A stretch of 64,000 nt of DNA from the NCBI GenBank assembly GCA_051003195.1, contig JBPCLP010000011.1:32001-96000 (forward strand), given 5' to 3'. The DNA comes from Candidatus Sumerlaeaceae bacterium (GTDB lineage: Bacteria; Sumerlaeota; Sumerlaeia; Sumerlaeales; Sumerlaeaceae). Positions 46,515-58,177 of this stretch are shown one piece after another. The first letter of the stretch is position 1. Each line of letters begins with the position of its first letter. The notes beneath the pieces are model-generated. The model was given only the letters and a program-made list of their open reading frames with translations. It was not told where the DNA came from and did not search any database. A program made the translations under genes and the position numbers.

Positions 46515-47627
46515 TCAGCGCGATGGCTCAGGCTCAGCGGGCACTACACTCCCGGAGATCTCCCATAGATCATAAGTCCACAGCGGATTCTTTCCGCGGC
46601 ACCCCGCACCCGCACAGCCTGTTGAAAATAGAACGCGGATACGCCCGGGGGTCGGCAGAGCCCCGCGTGCCGTCCGCTCCAGACACGCGTTATGGTTTCG
46701 CGGATGCCCGGTCACCGCCGGGGAAAGTCTTCCTTCCACCTGCCAGGCTGCATCGGGTTTGAAAAGCGAGGCAGCGCGGATACTCAGGATTTCCAGGCTG
46801 TCGGATATGTGGTTTGGCTCGTCGCGCGGATACGGATGCCGCTCCCGTATAGCCAGGAACCTGTCGCGACTCGAATCGTAAGCCACATCGAAGTTGTTCC
46901 AGTAATCAGCTCTGCCGCTGGTGGTGCGCACGCCACCGGCTGGAAGGGGATGTTCCGCGCCAGGGCGTGGCTCGTCGGCATCCCGCAGATCAATCTCGCG
47001 CACATAGCCGTAGGTCCACGGAATCTCCTTCGTGTAGAACAGAAGCAGGCGTCCCTGCCCATCGTACACGGCAGACGGCTGGCCGACACCCCAACCCCCA
47101 CCCGGCGCAGAGGCAACCAACGGGTTGGGCAGGCGATGCCATGGTCCCTCCCACGTGTTGGAAAATGCCACTCCCACCTGGTTGTTGATGCTGGCATCGG
47201 CATCATTACCCAGGTAAAACAGTGCATGGGCGTATTTATCGCCGCGAAAACCGAAGCTGCCCGAGACAACCGACGGATCACACACGTGAAAACTGTCCCA
47301 CGCACTACCCGCTCCACCGGCCAGGATTGAACGTGTTGTCGCTGAACCGTCCGCGCCCGGCCGCAGTAGAATCAGCTCATCCCGGATCACGCCTGGCCGG
47401 GCGTTTTGGCAGGCGAGGACTATATCCTGCCCGTTCTCACGAATCAGCGCCGGGGCGTAACAGTAAAACTCCCCCTCCGGGTTGTACACCGGCTTCAGGG
47501 ATTCTTTATCCCATTCGACCGCTGCCTTACACGGCGACGTATTCATAGCCGCGATTGCCAAAAGCCCTACCACGAGGGCCGTGCACCGCGATCTGATACT
47601 TTGATGCCTGGCGCCGGCGCGAAACAT
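46515..47627 (-). CDS. Secreted beta-propeller glycoside hydrolase (GH43/32-like); start uncertain
   Basis: YAPAL, WDSFHVCDPSVV, LFYLG, NQVGVAFS, WGVGQPSAV, LLLFYT. Confidence 0.7.
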   Translation of the reverse strand: MFRAGARHQSIRSRCTALVVGLLAIAAMNTSPCKAAVEWDKESLKPVYNPEGEFYCYAPALIRENGQDIVLACQNARPGVIRDELILLRPGADGSATTRSILAGGAGSAWDSFHVCDPSVVSGSFGFRGDKYAHALFYLGNDADASINNQVGVAFSNTWEGPWHRLPNPLVASAPGGGWGVGQPSAVYDGQGRLLLFYTKEIPWTYGYVREIDLRDADEPRPGAEHPLPAGGVRTTSGRADYWNNFDVAYDSSRDRFLAIRERHPYPRDEPNHISDSLEILSIRAASLFKPDAAWQVEGRLSPAVTGHPRNHNACLERTARGALPTPGRIRVLFSTGCAGAGCRGKNPLWTYDLWEISGSVVPAEPEPSR

Positions 47628-48020
47628 ACCCCGCGGACGTGTGCGCCAGCCTCGCCAACCTGCAATGAAAACTTTCGCAGTGCCTGGCGCGGATGAAACG
47701 CACGATCTTGTGAAAAAGACCTGTGGAAAACGGTGTGCTTCTGCGGAGTTCAAGCGCACAAATTCGTCGTATTTTGTGCAGGGGTTGGTCAGCGTGCGTT
47801 TATCTACTTTGGGTTCCGCTGAATCGGGGGCAATGGGCGTCATAGGGTCTGAAACCTAATCGTTCCAACCTGAGAGCACACAGCTTCAAACGCAAGTGTT
47901 TTAGGCTGACGGAGGAAGCGGAAGCCACGGGGATTGAAGGCCGGGCAATGTGGCTGGTCGCTCCCTCACTTTGGCCCTTTCAAGCCCCCCGCCCGTTGCA
48001 CTTCGGTTGGCAATCCGCCT

Positions 48021-48055
48021 GATTCGTTTTGATTAGCTTTGATTAGCTTTGATTG
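48021..48055. repeat. 10-bp-period tandem repeat (GATTAGCTTT-like, x3.5)
   Basis: GATTCGTTTT GATTAGCTTT GATTAGCTTT GATTG. Confidence 0.7.
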
Positions 48056-48146
48056 AGGCTCGGCGCTGGTTTTTGAAGTGCGCGCCGCTTGCCGCCACTT
48101 TGGGTAGCGAAGCTTGGTTCGCTTCGAGACTTCGATCGATCGAAGG

Positions 48147-48223
48147 TGGTGCACCCGGCTGGGTTCGAACCAGCGGCCTTTAGCTCCGGAGGCTAACGCT
48201 CTATCCAGCTGAGCTACGGGTGC
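48147..48223 (-). tRNA. tRNA-Arg(CCG)
   Basis: Reverse complement GCACCCGTAGCTCAGCTGGATAGAGCG-TTAGC-CTCCGGA-GCTAA...GGTTCGAACCC...GGGTGCACCA. Confidence 0.96.
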
Positions 48224-48308
48224 GTGGCTGCTTGATACCGATCAGAAACCTTTTAATTTCAGAAGAACAGCGCCGGCAGCGCAGCGTTGGCCTATCTCAT
48301 CGCTGAGA

Positions 48309-48323
48309 TGGCACGCGTTATGC
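48309..48323 (+). promoter_or_regulatory. Possible sigma-54 (-24/-12) promoter upstream of the YihY gene
   Basis: TGGCACGCGTTATGC has correct GG-N10-GC spacing, ~40 bp before the ATG. Confidence 0.4.
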
Positions 48324-48360
48324 CCTTTCCTGCCCGCAGAATTGCACACGGGAGAGACCG

Positions 48361-49590
48361 ATGAAATTCCGCCCGATGGCCGTTGTGGAAGTGGTGAAGG
48401 AAAGTTTCAAGGAGTTTGGGGAGGACAAGGCACCGCGACTGGGTGCGGCGCTTGCCTATTATACAATTTTCTCCATTGCTCCCCTGCTTATTATCACGAT
48501 CACCATTATAGGGATGGTGTTCCACCGTGAGGCGGCACAGGGGCTTTTGGACGACCAGCTGGGCCACCTGATTGGTCCCCAGGGCGCCGAGGCGATCCAG
48601 GAAATGGTGAAGGGCGCGGGGGACAAAAAGAGCACCGGTATTTTCGCATCCATCATTGGCTTTGTGGTGCTGCTGTTCGGCGCTTCGGGCGTGTTTGTTC
48701 AGCTCAAGGATGCACTCAACACGATCTGGGATGTGCCGGAGGCGCAAGTGAAGGGCGGCATCAAGGGGTTCCTCCGTACCCGCTTCCTGTCTTTTGGGCT
48801 CGTGCTTGCGGTCGGCTTTCTGCTGCTGGTCTCGCTGGTGATCAGCACCATGCTTTCGGGACTCGGAAAGTTTCTTGGTGAAATGCAGTTCCTGACGCCG
48901 GTGCTCGGCCTGCTGAATTTCGTGATCTCGTTCGCGGTGATCACCGGGCTGTTTGCGATGATTTTCAAGTTTTTGCCCGAAATTAAGATCCGGTGGAAAG
49001 ACGTGTGGATCGGCGCAGCTATGACGTCGCTGCTTTTCACGATCGGAAAGACGCTGATTGGGCTGTACCTGGGCAAGAGCAGCGTGAATTCGGCGTACGG
49101 TGCCGCCGGGTCGCTGGTCGTGCTGCTCATCTGGGTGTACTATTCCGCGCAAATCCTGTTTTTCGGCGCGGAGCTGACGCAGGTATACACGCGCCGGCAT
49201 GGCAGCATGGTTGCTACGGAGGCTGAGGAAAGCGCTGAAACGAGCGCGAAATCCGCTGACGCAGAAGACGGCAAAGATCACGTGGAGTCGCGCCGGCGCA
49301 AGCACCCGGCTGTTGTGCCTGCCAATGGAAACAATAGAGATGCGGGGCGGGACCGCGAGCGACCGGATGAGAAGACTGAGGTCAGCAAAGTGCCGCCCGC
49401 CCCGATGCCGGCCTTTGCAACGCGGCCGAGTCCTGCGGTGGCCATGGCGGCAAAGGGACTGACTTACGGAATACTGGCAATGCTGCGCGTGGACACCGCG
49501 AAAAAAGCGGTGGGATTGGCGCCGGCGCCGGACGATCCGATCAGCCTGGGTGGCTCCGGTCGAACACCCCAGCACGCGGGGTTCCGGTAA
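48361..49590 (+). CDS. YihY/virulence factor BrkB family membrane protein
   Basis: GAALAYYTIFSIAPLL, LFGASGVF.QL..ALN.IW, YGAAGSLVVLLIWVYYSAQILFFGAE. Confidence 0.92.
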   Translation: MKFRPMAVVEVVKESFKEFGEDKAPRLGAALAYYTIFSIAPLLIITITIIGMVFHREAAQGLLDDQLGHLIGPQGAEAIQEMVKGAGDKKSTGIFASIIGFVVLLFGASGVFVQLKDALNTIWDVPEAQVKGGIKGFLRTRFLSFGLVLAVGFLLLVSLVISTMLSGLGKFLGEMQFLTPVLGLLNFVISFAVITGLFAMIFKFLPEIKIRWKDVWIGAAMTSLLFTIGKTLIGLYLGKSSVNSAYGAAGSLVVLLIWVYYSAQILFFGAELTQVYTRRHGSMVATEAEESAETSAKSADAEDGKDHVESRRRKHPAVVPANGNNRDAGRDRERPDEKTEVSKVPPAPMPAFATRPSPAVAMAAKGLTYGILAMLRVDTAKKAVGLAPAPDDPISLGGSGRTPQHAGFR

Positions 49591-49627
49591 GCTGTACCGA
49601 TAGAACTTTCGCGCGTGCGGAACGAGC

Positions 49628-49861
49628 TTACTTGCGGTCGGCCATACCAGTCACGCCGGAGTGTTTCGCGCACGTGGCGCAGCAGAAAAAACGGCCTTCA
49701 GACTCCATGCCGTGGCCGATAATCTTGCAACCGCAGTGGTCGCAGACGGGCGCAAGCATGTGGATGGCGCATTCGAACGAGTCGAAAGTGTGCGTCTGTC
49801 CCTGCTTCGTCACTTGAAACGACTTATCGTAATCGTTACCACACACGTCGCACTTCGCCAT
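49628..49861 (-). CDS. Small Cys/His-rich metallothionein-like protein
   Basis: MAKCDVCGNDYDKSF...FDSFECAIH..AP.CDHCGC.IIGHG...FFCCATCA; AGGAG RBS. Confidence 0.8.
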   Translation of the reverse strand: MAKCDVCGNDYDKSFQVTKQGQTHTFDSFECAIHMLAPVCDHCGCKIIGHGMESEGRFFCCATCAKHSGVTGMADRK

Positions 49862-49928
49862 GGCAATCGCTCCTGCACTTCGGGTTTTTATACTGGCCCT
49901 TACGCTTGCAAGATGCGAACCAAGCGTT

Positions 49929-51122
49929 GTGATTAATCCAAATCGTCGACTGGCGCTGCTGACGATACTTGTAACTGGTTTGCTGGTACGCTTGTGCCTC
50001 ATAGGATTTTTCGCGGCACGGTCGGACGTGAGCCCGGGCCAGATCGTGAGCGGTCACGATGGCGGAGAGTATGTCGCATTCGGACGGGCATTGGCGGGCG
50101 GAAGTCTTGCCGGGGTGCCCGAGGATTCGCGGCGACACGATCCCGGATGGCCGATGGCAATCGCGTCGGTGTCGCGTCTGCCGCATGCTGAGCTGCTTTC
50201 GTTTTTGCTGGGATACGCGGCGCTGGCTGGAGCGATATTTATTGGCGTGCGGCTGCTGCGCACGACGGGAAACGCGAGCGACGGCCAATCGTTGATGTGG
50301 GCAGCGGCTATGGTCGGGACCTATCCTGCGCAGCTGTATTATGGATGCTTCGTCTTGAGTGAACCGCTGTTCACGCTTCTACTGGTCGCCGGCGTGGCGG
50401 CGTACGTGGCCTTTCGACAATCGAATCCTGAAAGCAAAAGCGCGAACCGCTGGTACATCGCTGCCTACGCGCTGGCGGGCCTGGCAGGACTGGTTCGCGC
50501 ACCGGGCATGTTGCTGGCTTTTGCTTTTCTCTTTGAGTCGTTTTGTACAAATCGAAACGCGTCTCGAACGGATGATCCCCGTCCAGGGGCGATCCTCGCT
50601 TATACGGTAGCGCGAGCGTGGCCAATCCTGCTAACGGTCGGTCCATGGGTGTTGTGGACCTTTGCGGCCAAACAGGCCTGGGGCGGGCAGCTTATCTTCC
50701 ACGGCCCGAAGTTCAGCTGGCCGTTCAGCGGTTTCGCCGGCTGGCAGGAATTCGGCGGCGCGCGGGCGACTTACATTCTCATATGTGTAGGTGGGGTCGT
50801 TGTTTCAACGGTCGCGCTTATCGTTCAGTGGAGGCGCTGCTGCCAGGCGCAGGACCTCAAGACAACGCTCCTGCTCATTTGCGCTGCGTTCTGCGCTCTT
50901 TTCGTCGTGTTCCACCTGTGCCTGCGCAGCCTGCACTACATCGACAGGGACGTGCTGACGTTTAACTACCAGGACCGATACTATGTCGGACTTCTCCCCT
51001 TTCTGCTGTTGCCCTGGCTTAGGTGGCTGAGGTGGTGGATCGTCGGCTCTGCTGCCATGGTGTCGGTGATGCTATCGGCGTATTGGGGAACAAATTATTT
51101 TAGCGCGCTGGCGGCGCAATAG
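49929..51122 (+). CDS. Polytopic membrane protein, GT-C (PMT-like) glycosyltransferase-like; start uncertain
   Basis: HDG.EY...PGWP loop after first TM, LSEPLF, many TM helices, RYY near C-terminus. Confidence 0.6.
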   Translation: MINPNRRLALLTILVTGLLVRLCLIGFFAARSDVSPGQIVSGHDGGEYVAFGRALAGGSLAGVPEDSRRHDPGWPMAIASVSRLPHAELLSFLLGYAALAGAIFIGVRLLRTTGNASDGQSLMWAAAMVGTYPAQLYYGCFVLSEPLFTLLLVAGVAAYVAFRQSNPESKSANRWYIAAYALAGLAGLVRAPGMLLAFAFLFESFCTNRNASRTDDPRPGAILAYTVARAWPILLTVGPWVLWTFAAKQAWGGQLIFHGPKFSWPFSGFAGWQEFGGARATYILICVGGVVVSTVALIVQWRRCCQAQDLKTTLLLICAAFCALFVVFHLCLRSLHYIDRDVLTFNYQDRYYVGLLPFLLLPWLRWLRWWIVGSAAMVSVMLSAYWGTNYFSALAAQ

Positions 51123-51202
51123 CACTGCTCCGCGACAGAACGATCGATAAGCTGATTGAATTTGACGGGATTCCACGTGGGCGTTGTAGTGACAACTGAA
51201 TC

Positions 51203-51309
51203 AGCGCCGGGGGTGGCTGCAAAGCCTGAGACGTGCGCGGGTGACAGATAGTCGCCAGCGCAAAACCCTTGGAACCTGAGACGGGTAATGCCGGCGGAGG
51301 GAAGGCGTG
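51203..51309 (+). ncRNA. TPP riboswitch
   Basis: GGGGTG...CTGAGA...ACCCTTGGAACCTGA...GGTAATGCCGGCGGAGGGAA upstream of thiC. Confidence 0.9.
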
Positions 51310-51360
51310 GTGAGCGGTCGCTTCAACGGCCGTGCTTGCGCGTTACCTCCACCAATTTAG

Positions 51361-53289
<1,929 letters not shown>

Positions 53290-53375
53290 CTTGTGTTTCC
53301 CCTGCACATAGGCTTTTCACACATGCGATTGGCACTATTGTCATGGCGTATTATCCATAGTCGAGTTCCTCGATA

Positions 53376-53609
53376 ATGGAATTTACAATAGACGATTCCT
53401 CGAAGCCGCAAATAGACCCGGAATGGTTGGCGGAGTTTGAGGCTGCTGCGCGCCGGCCACTTGCCGAGCGCTGGAAATACTCTTTCATTAAAACCTATAA
53501 GCCCGTTATGGATGACGAACCGTTCCGCGCATTTGATACCACAGCAGACTACCGACGCTGGTGCGAAGAAAATCTGCCGTCGTGGCTTGGCTATGGCCGA
53601 AGCGTTTAG
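53376..53609 (+). CDS. Small hypothetical protein overlapping the downstream NTase gene (possible antitoxin)
   Basis: 77-aa ORF, 17-bp overlap with the next gene. Confidence 0.55.
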   Translation: MEFTIDDSSKPQIDPEWLAEFEAAARRPLAERWKYSFIKTYKPVMDDEPFRAFDTTADYRRWCEENLPSWLGYGRSV

Positions 53610-54063
53610 TTACCGCCAGGCGGAAGAGATCCGCGATGCCTTTGCACGGCATAATGTGCGGCATTTGTTTATAGGGAAATCGGGCGCTATCCTGCTGGGT
53701 TTCCCCGATACGACGCAGGATGCCGATGTCTTTGTACAAAAAGATAAAAACAATGCACTAAATTTGATTGTCGCTCTCTCTGACCTTGGATTTCACCTGG
53801 ACGAACAGCAGCAGGCAGAGATTCGGCAAGGTAAGGACTTCGTTCAGATAAAATCCGGGCCATTTGACCTCGACGTGGTTTTCGCTCCAGATGGCATTGA
53901 GAAATTTGAAGACGCATGGGGACGTCACATTGAAATTAATGGTTTTTGCGTCTGCTCAATCGACGATATTATCGAAAGTAAGCGTGCTACGAATCGTGTA
54001 AAAGATCGCGAGTCGCTGCCGAGGTTAATCGGTTTTCGTGACTATTTACGGTCGAAGCAATAG
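53593..54063 (+). CDS. Putative nucleotidyltransferase-fold protein
   Basis: IGKSGAILLGFPDTTQDAD (G..TxDxD), LDVVF..DG, IIESKRATNRVKD. Confidence 0.65.
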   Translation: MAEAFSYRQAEEIRDAFARHNVRHLFIGKSGAILLGFPDTTQDADVFVQKDKNNALNLIVALSDLGFHLDEQQQAEIRQGKDFVQIKSGPFDLDVVFAPDGIEKFEDAWGRHIEINGFCVCSIDDIIESKRATNRVKDRESLPRLIGFRDYLRSKQ

Positions 54064-54073
54064 GAGCTCTTGT

Positions 54074-55393
54074 CTACTCCACCATAAACACAGGGCTGCT
54101 GATCAGCTTAAAGTACGGCAGGAATACCGCAAGCGCGATAAATGCCACTGTCAGTCCCAGTGTGATGATCAGGATCGGTTCGAGTATCGCCGTCATGCGG
54201 CGCAGGCTGCTGTCCACTTCAACGTCATAGGTGTCCGCAATTTTGAGCAGCGTCGCGTCGAGCGCACCCGCCTCATCACCCACCATCACCATATCGATCA
54301 CGACGTCATCGAAAATCGGCTCGGATCTCATTGGCGTGTCCATCTTTTCCCCGCGTTCCACCGCACTGCGAACCCGATAAAGTGTCGGCGTCACGACGGC
54401 ATTGTCTGCAGTGTCGGCGGCTATACCGATGGCATCGATCAGCGGAATGCCCGCGGCAGTGAGGTTTCCGAGCGTCCGGCTGAACCGGGCGACATTTATT
54501 TTTCGGCTTAGCCCGCCCACTCCCGGGATATAAAGCTTTGTACGGTCCCATACCTCACGTCCACGCGGCTGTCGCAAAGCGTACATAATGAGAAGGATGA
54601 CAGCGGCCGCAAGCAGAATGGCCAGCCACCACCATTTGGCAAACCACTGCGAAAAGCCAAGAAGTGCCAGCGTAATCCCGGGAAGTTTGCTATGGTCGGG
54701 ATACGCGGAAAGCAATTTAGGCATCGCGAAAAACATGATGAAAAAGATCACGCAGATTTCGACGAACAACGCGATTGCGGGATACCACAGAGCACTCGTC
54801 ACGCGACTGCGCAACGCGGCGCGCCGCTCCAGCAGGTCAGCCAGCCTCCGTAGCGATTCGTCCAGAATTCCGCCTGCTTCGCCTGCGCGTACCACGCCGA
54901 CAAACATAGAGCTAAAGATGCCACGATGCTCTTCCATCGCAGAGCTGAGTGGCATGCCTTCCTCCACTCGCGCGGCAAGGCTGCCTGAAACGTCCGCCAA
55001 CTGCCGATTACTGCCACGCCGGGCAAGGATGCGCAATGCTTCGAGCAGGGGGATACCCACGTCAACCAGCGTCGCCAGCTGGCGGCAGTACATCGCCATC
55101 GAATGGGCAGTCGGCCCAAAAAAGTTCACGCTCCAGCCCCGCCGCTCGGTTTCCGGCAAAGGCACTACTGCCGCTGCGCGGCCCCGCGGTTCAGCTGCTG
55201 GTTGCATAATCGCCTCGCCCCGGACCTCCTCGGTACGCCGAGTGGTACTCTCGTAAACACCGGCGGGAGCAGAGGTTGCCGCACGACTTTCCATTTCCTC
55301 CTGCCGGAGCCGCTGAATCGCCTCTAATATGGACGATCCTTTTGCCGCGCCAGGCGTCGTTACTTCTTCACGCGAAGTTGCCTTAGTTGCCAT
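54074..55393 (-). CDS. pilC: Type II secretion F / type IV pilus assembly PilC
   Basis: RQLATLVDVGIPLLEAL, AGEAGG.LD.SL.RLA, ARFSRTLG, VGDEAG.LD, LEPILI. Confidence 0.9.
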   Translation of the reverse strand: MATKATSREEVTTPGAAKGSSILEAIQRLRQEEMESRAATSAPAGVYESTTRRTEEVRGEAIMQPAAEPRGRAAAVVPLPETERRGWSVNFFGPTAHSMAMYCRQLATLVDVGIPLLEALRILARRGSNRQLADVSGSLAARVEEGMPLSSAMEEHRGIFSSMFVGVVRAGEAGGILDESLRRLADLLERRAALRSRVTSALWYPAIALFVEICVIFFIMFFAMPKLLSAYPDHSKLPGITLALLGFSQWFAKWWWLAILLAAAVILLIMYALRQPRGREVWDRTKLYIPGVGGLSRKINVARFSRTLGNLTAAGIPLIDAIGIAADTADNAVVTPTLYRVRSAVERGEKMDTPMRSEPIFDDVVIDMVMVGDEAGALDATLLKIADTYDVEVDSSLRRMTAILEPILIITLGLTVAFIALAVFLPYFKLISSPVFMVE

Positions 55394-55460
55394 CTTGTGC
55401 TAATGCCTCCGAACCGGATAGCTTTGTTTAATAGAAAGAAATGACGTGGTAATTTTGTGA

Positions 55461-57719
55461 TCATCCATGGAGGGACACCGCCTTCAGAACCTCAGCGGGC
55501 GTGGTCACACCCTCGAGAATCTTTTTCACGCCGCTGGTCATCAGCGACTGTCCGCTTTTTTCTACTGTATCGCCCAACTCGGCTTCAGGGGCCCGATCGC
55601 CAATTGCCCGCCTCAGCGCTTCGTTAACTTCAACAACCTGGAAGATGCCGGTCCGGCCCATATAACCGGTGCCAAAGCACTTCTCGCACCCGGCACCGCG
55701 GTAGAACTTCTTTTTGCCGGCTTCTGCCAGGCCCAGTTCCCCAAGCACTCCCTTTTGCGGATGAAACGCTTTTTTACAATCCGCGCAAATCACACGTACA
55801 AGCCGTTGCGCTATGATCCCGGAAATCGCGGATCCAATCAGGTAATGTTGGATTTCCATGTTTGTGAGAGCCGAGATTGCACCGATCGCGGTGTTCGTAT
55901 GCAGCGTTGAAAACACCAGGTGCCCGGTTAGCGATGCGCGAATGGCGGTACGCGCGGTATCGGGATCGCGAATCTCGCCAACCATGATAACGTCCGGATC
56001 CTGGCGCAGCGCACTGCGCAATCCAGCCGCGAACGATAAGTCGATAATCGGATCCACCTGTACTTGCGTGATGCCTTCGAGCTGGTACTCGACCGGATCT
56101 TCGATGGTGATGATGTTAATCCCCTCGCGGTTTACACCCGAGAGGCAGGAGTACAGCGTCGACGTCTTGCCGCTGCCCGTAGGGCCGGTAACCAGAGCGA
56201 GCCCGTGTGGCCGGCTAATGAGCCGCTGAACCGCATGCAACTGGCCCTCATCCAGGCCCAATTGAACGAGGCCTGTCATCACGCGGGAGCTGTCCAGGAC
56301 GCGCATGACGATTTTTTCGCCGTGTATGCTAGGCAGCGTGGAGACGCGGAAGTCGTAAAAGCCGACGTCAGTCTCCAAGTCGAAATGGCCGTCCTGCGGC
56401 CGCCGACGCTCTGTCACGTTCATCTGTGCAAGCACCTTGGTGCGCGCTGCAATGAAAGGGATCATCGCAGCAGGGGCGGACATGACCGTGTGCAACTGGC
56501 CGTCCACGCGAAAACGAATTCTCATGCTGTCGGCCATCGGCTCCATGTGAATGTCGGTGGCGCGCGCGTCGATCGCTGTCTCGATTACACGTGAAATCAG
56601 CTGGACCGCGTCGAGGTTGTCGACATACGGCTCATTTGTCGCTGCCGGCGTACTTTGGAAGTCAGACACTCGCATGGCTGCGTCAACGCTACCATTGTCG
56701 GTTCCCTCAGACGGCTCCGGCGCAATCCGGAGCTGTTTGCGCCGTGCAACCGCCGGGGGCATAGTGGTCAGCGGCGCGTCGACCTTCGGAAAGAGCGATT
56801 CAAGTTTGGCGAGCACCTCTTCCTGCCGGGCGTATAGCATGGAAACCCGTCGGCCGGTGAGCATGGCGATGGTATCTGCGAGCACAAGGTTGAACGGATC
56901 GTCCGTCCCAATTTCAAAGTGGCTGTCCTGTGCCGATAGCGGGACGAAAGATTGGCGTCGCATCAGGTCCCGCGGGAAGCGATCCAGCAACTCCTCACTC
57001 ACCGGGTAAGCGATCATCTCAACCTGCGGAAGTTCCATGTTTTCGAGCGCCTGGAATATTTCACCCTGGGAGAGGATGCGCAAGTCCTGCAAGGCGCGCC
57101 ATAGCGGGACGTGACGCTTCAGGTGTTCCCCAAGAGCGCGCGAGTAGTCGTCCTTCGTCACGAGGCTGTTGTAGATGAGAATCTCGCCGGCGAGCAGAAT
57201 TCGGTTTTCCTGGGCGATCTGGGAATCCCCGCGCTCTACCGAGCGTTGTACCCTGTCCGCCCCAAGAATATCGCTCGCCACAAGCACTTCGTGCACGTTC
57301 AGCGCATTGCGATCTGCTTCTTCCAATGCTTCGCGCAGTCGCTCTTCGCTCAACAAGCCCTGCTTAATAAGTGTAAGGCAGATAGGCGCAACGTCTGTGT
57401 TATTAATCTTCAGGAGCGCCACGATCTCGGCGGGGCGAATGATCAGCGCCTGGTTCAACGAGTCTGCGACTTCCGAACTGCCACGGCCCGGCACCAGGTC
57501 CTTTACGTCAGTCAGCAGCAGGGTACCGACTTTTTGTAAATGCTGTAAAGTAATAGGCTGGGTCAGAAATCCAAGTACGCTGCTATCGGTCTTCGGAACA
57601 GTGGCCTGCACGAACGCGTGCCAATGCGCCTCATCGAGTACGTTCGCCTCTTTGAGAAGCAACGCGATCCGGATGGATTTGCGGTTGAGCGGACTTGTTG
57701 CCAATGGAGCAGTCGTCAC
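55461..57719 (-). CDS. GspE/PilB family assembly ATPase
   Basis: ATDIHMEP, RRRPQDG, TGPTGSGKT, TIEDPVE, LRQDPDVIMVGEIRD, TGHLVFSTLHTN, tetracysteine motif. Confidence 0.93.
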   Translation of the reverse strand: MTTAPLATSPLNRKSIRIALLLKEANVLDEAHWHAFVQATVPKTDSSVLGFLTQPITLQHLQKVGTLLLTDVKDLVPGRGSSEVADSLNQALIIRPAEIVALLKINNTDVAPICLTLIKQGLLSEERLREALEEADRNALNVHEVLVASDILGADRVQRSVERGDSQIAQENRILLAGEILIYNSLVTKDDYSRALGEHLKRHVPLWRALQDLRILSQGEIFQALENMELPQVEMIAYPVSEELLDRFPRDLMRRQSFVPLSAQDSHFEIGTDDPFNLVLADTIAMLTGRRVSMLYARQEEVLAKLESLFPKVDAPLTTMPPAVARRKQLRIAPEPSEGTDNGSVDAAMRVSDFQSTPAATNEPYVDNLDAVQLISRVIETAIDARATDIHMEPMADSMRIRFRVDGQLHTVMSAPAAMIPFIAARTKVLAQMNVTERRRPQDGHFDLETDVGFYDFRVSTLPSIHGEKIVMRVLDSSRVMTGLVQLGLDEGQLHAVQRLISRPHGLALVTGPTGSGKTSTLYSCLSGVNREGINIITIEDPVEYQLEGITQVQVDPIIDLSFAAGLRSALRQDPDVIMVGEIRDPDTARTAIRASLTGHLVFSTLHTNTAIGAISALTNMEIQHYLIGSAISGIIAQRLVRVICADCKKAFHPQKGVLGELGLAEAGKKKFYRGAGCEKCFGTGYMGRTGIFQVVEVNEALRRAIGDRAPEAELGDTVEKSGQSLMTSGVKKILEGVTTPAEVLKAVSLHG

Positions 57720-58177
57720 GGCCGTCTCTCCAGAAGGAGAATAGGGGCGTTGCGTGCGCCCTGCACGTTAAGCAGATAAACCGCTCCGCGCGAGATGCGG
57801 CCGGTGGAAGTGGGTGCGGCCGTCAATTCCACGACCCGGTCCCCGTTGCGCAAAGTCAGAGCGGTACCAAGCAGGTTCCGGCCGGTTTCAAGCTGCTGTA
57901 CCGTCGCGGACACCTGCACATCCCGGCGGGACAGCGACTGCGCGCGCAATACTTCGACCGTAGGCGTACCCTCTTCGGGCACACCGCGCATCTGCAAGAG
58001 CTCCGCGCCTTCGCGAAGCATGTCGCCATAGGAGCGGTCCGTCAAACGTGCCTGTGATAGACTGAACGTAAACTGCGTCACAGATGCAGCGCCGAATGCC
58101 ATGATCATCAGCAGCGCCAGGACGCCCAGCGCGGTGATCAAGGCGAATCCACGTTGCTTTTGAAAACCAGGTTTCAT
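57716..58177 (-). CDS. PilX/GspK-like minor pilin
   Basis: QRG|FALITAL prepilin site lacking Glu5. Confidence 0.65.
   Translation of the reverse strand: MKPGFQKQRGFALITALGVLALLMIMAFGAASVTQFTFSLSQARLTDRSYGDMLREGAELLQMRGVPEEGTPTVEVLRAQSLSRRDVQVSATVQQLETGRNLLGTALTLRNGDRVVELTAAPTSTGRISRGAVYLLNVQGARNAPILLLERRP

Noticed and set aside
47905..47945. GCGGAAGCCACGGGGATTGAA as a tRNA 3' fragment or att scar
   Set aside because: Similarity to a tRNA end is too short and does not match either tRNA in the window.
51226..51268. Extra hairpin inside the TPP riboswitch
   Set aside because: It corresponds to the known variable P3a stem; not novel.
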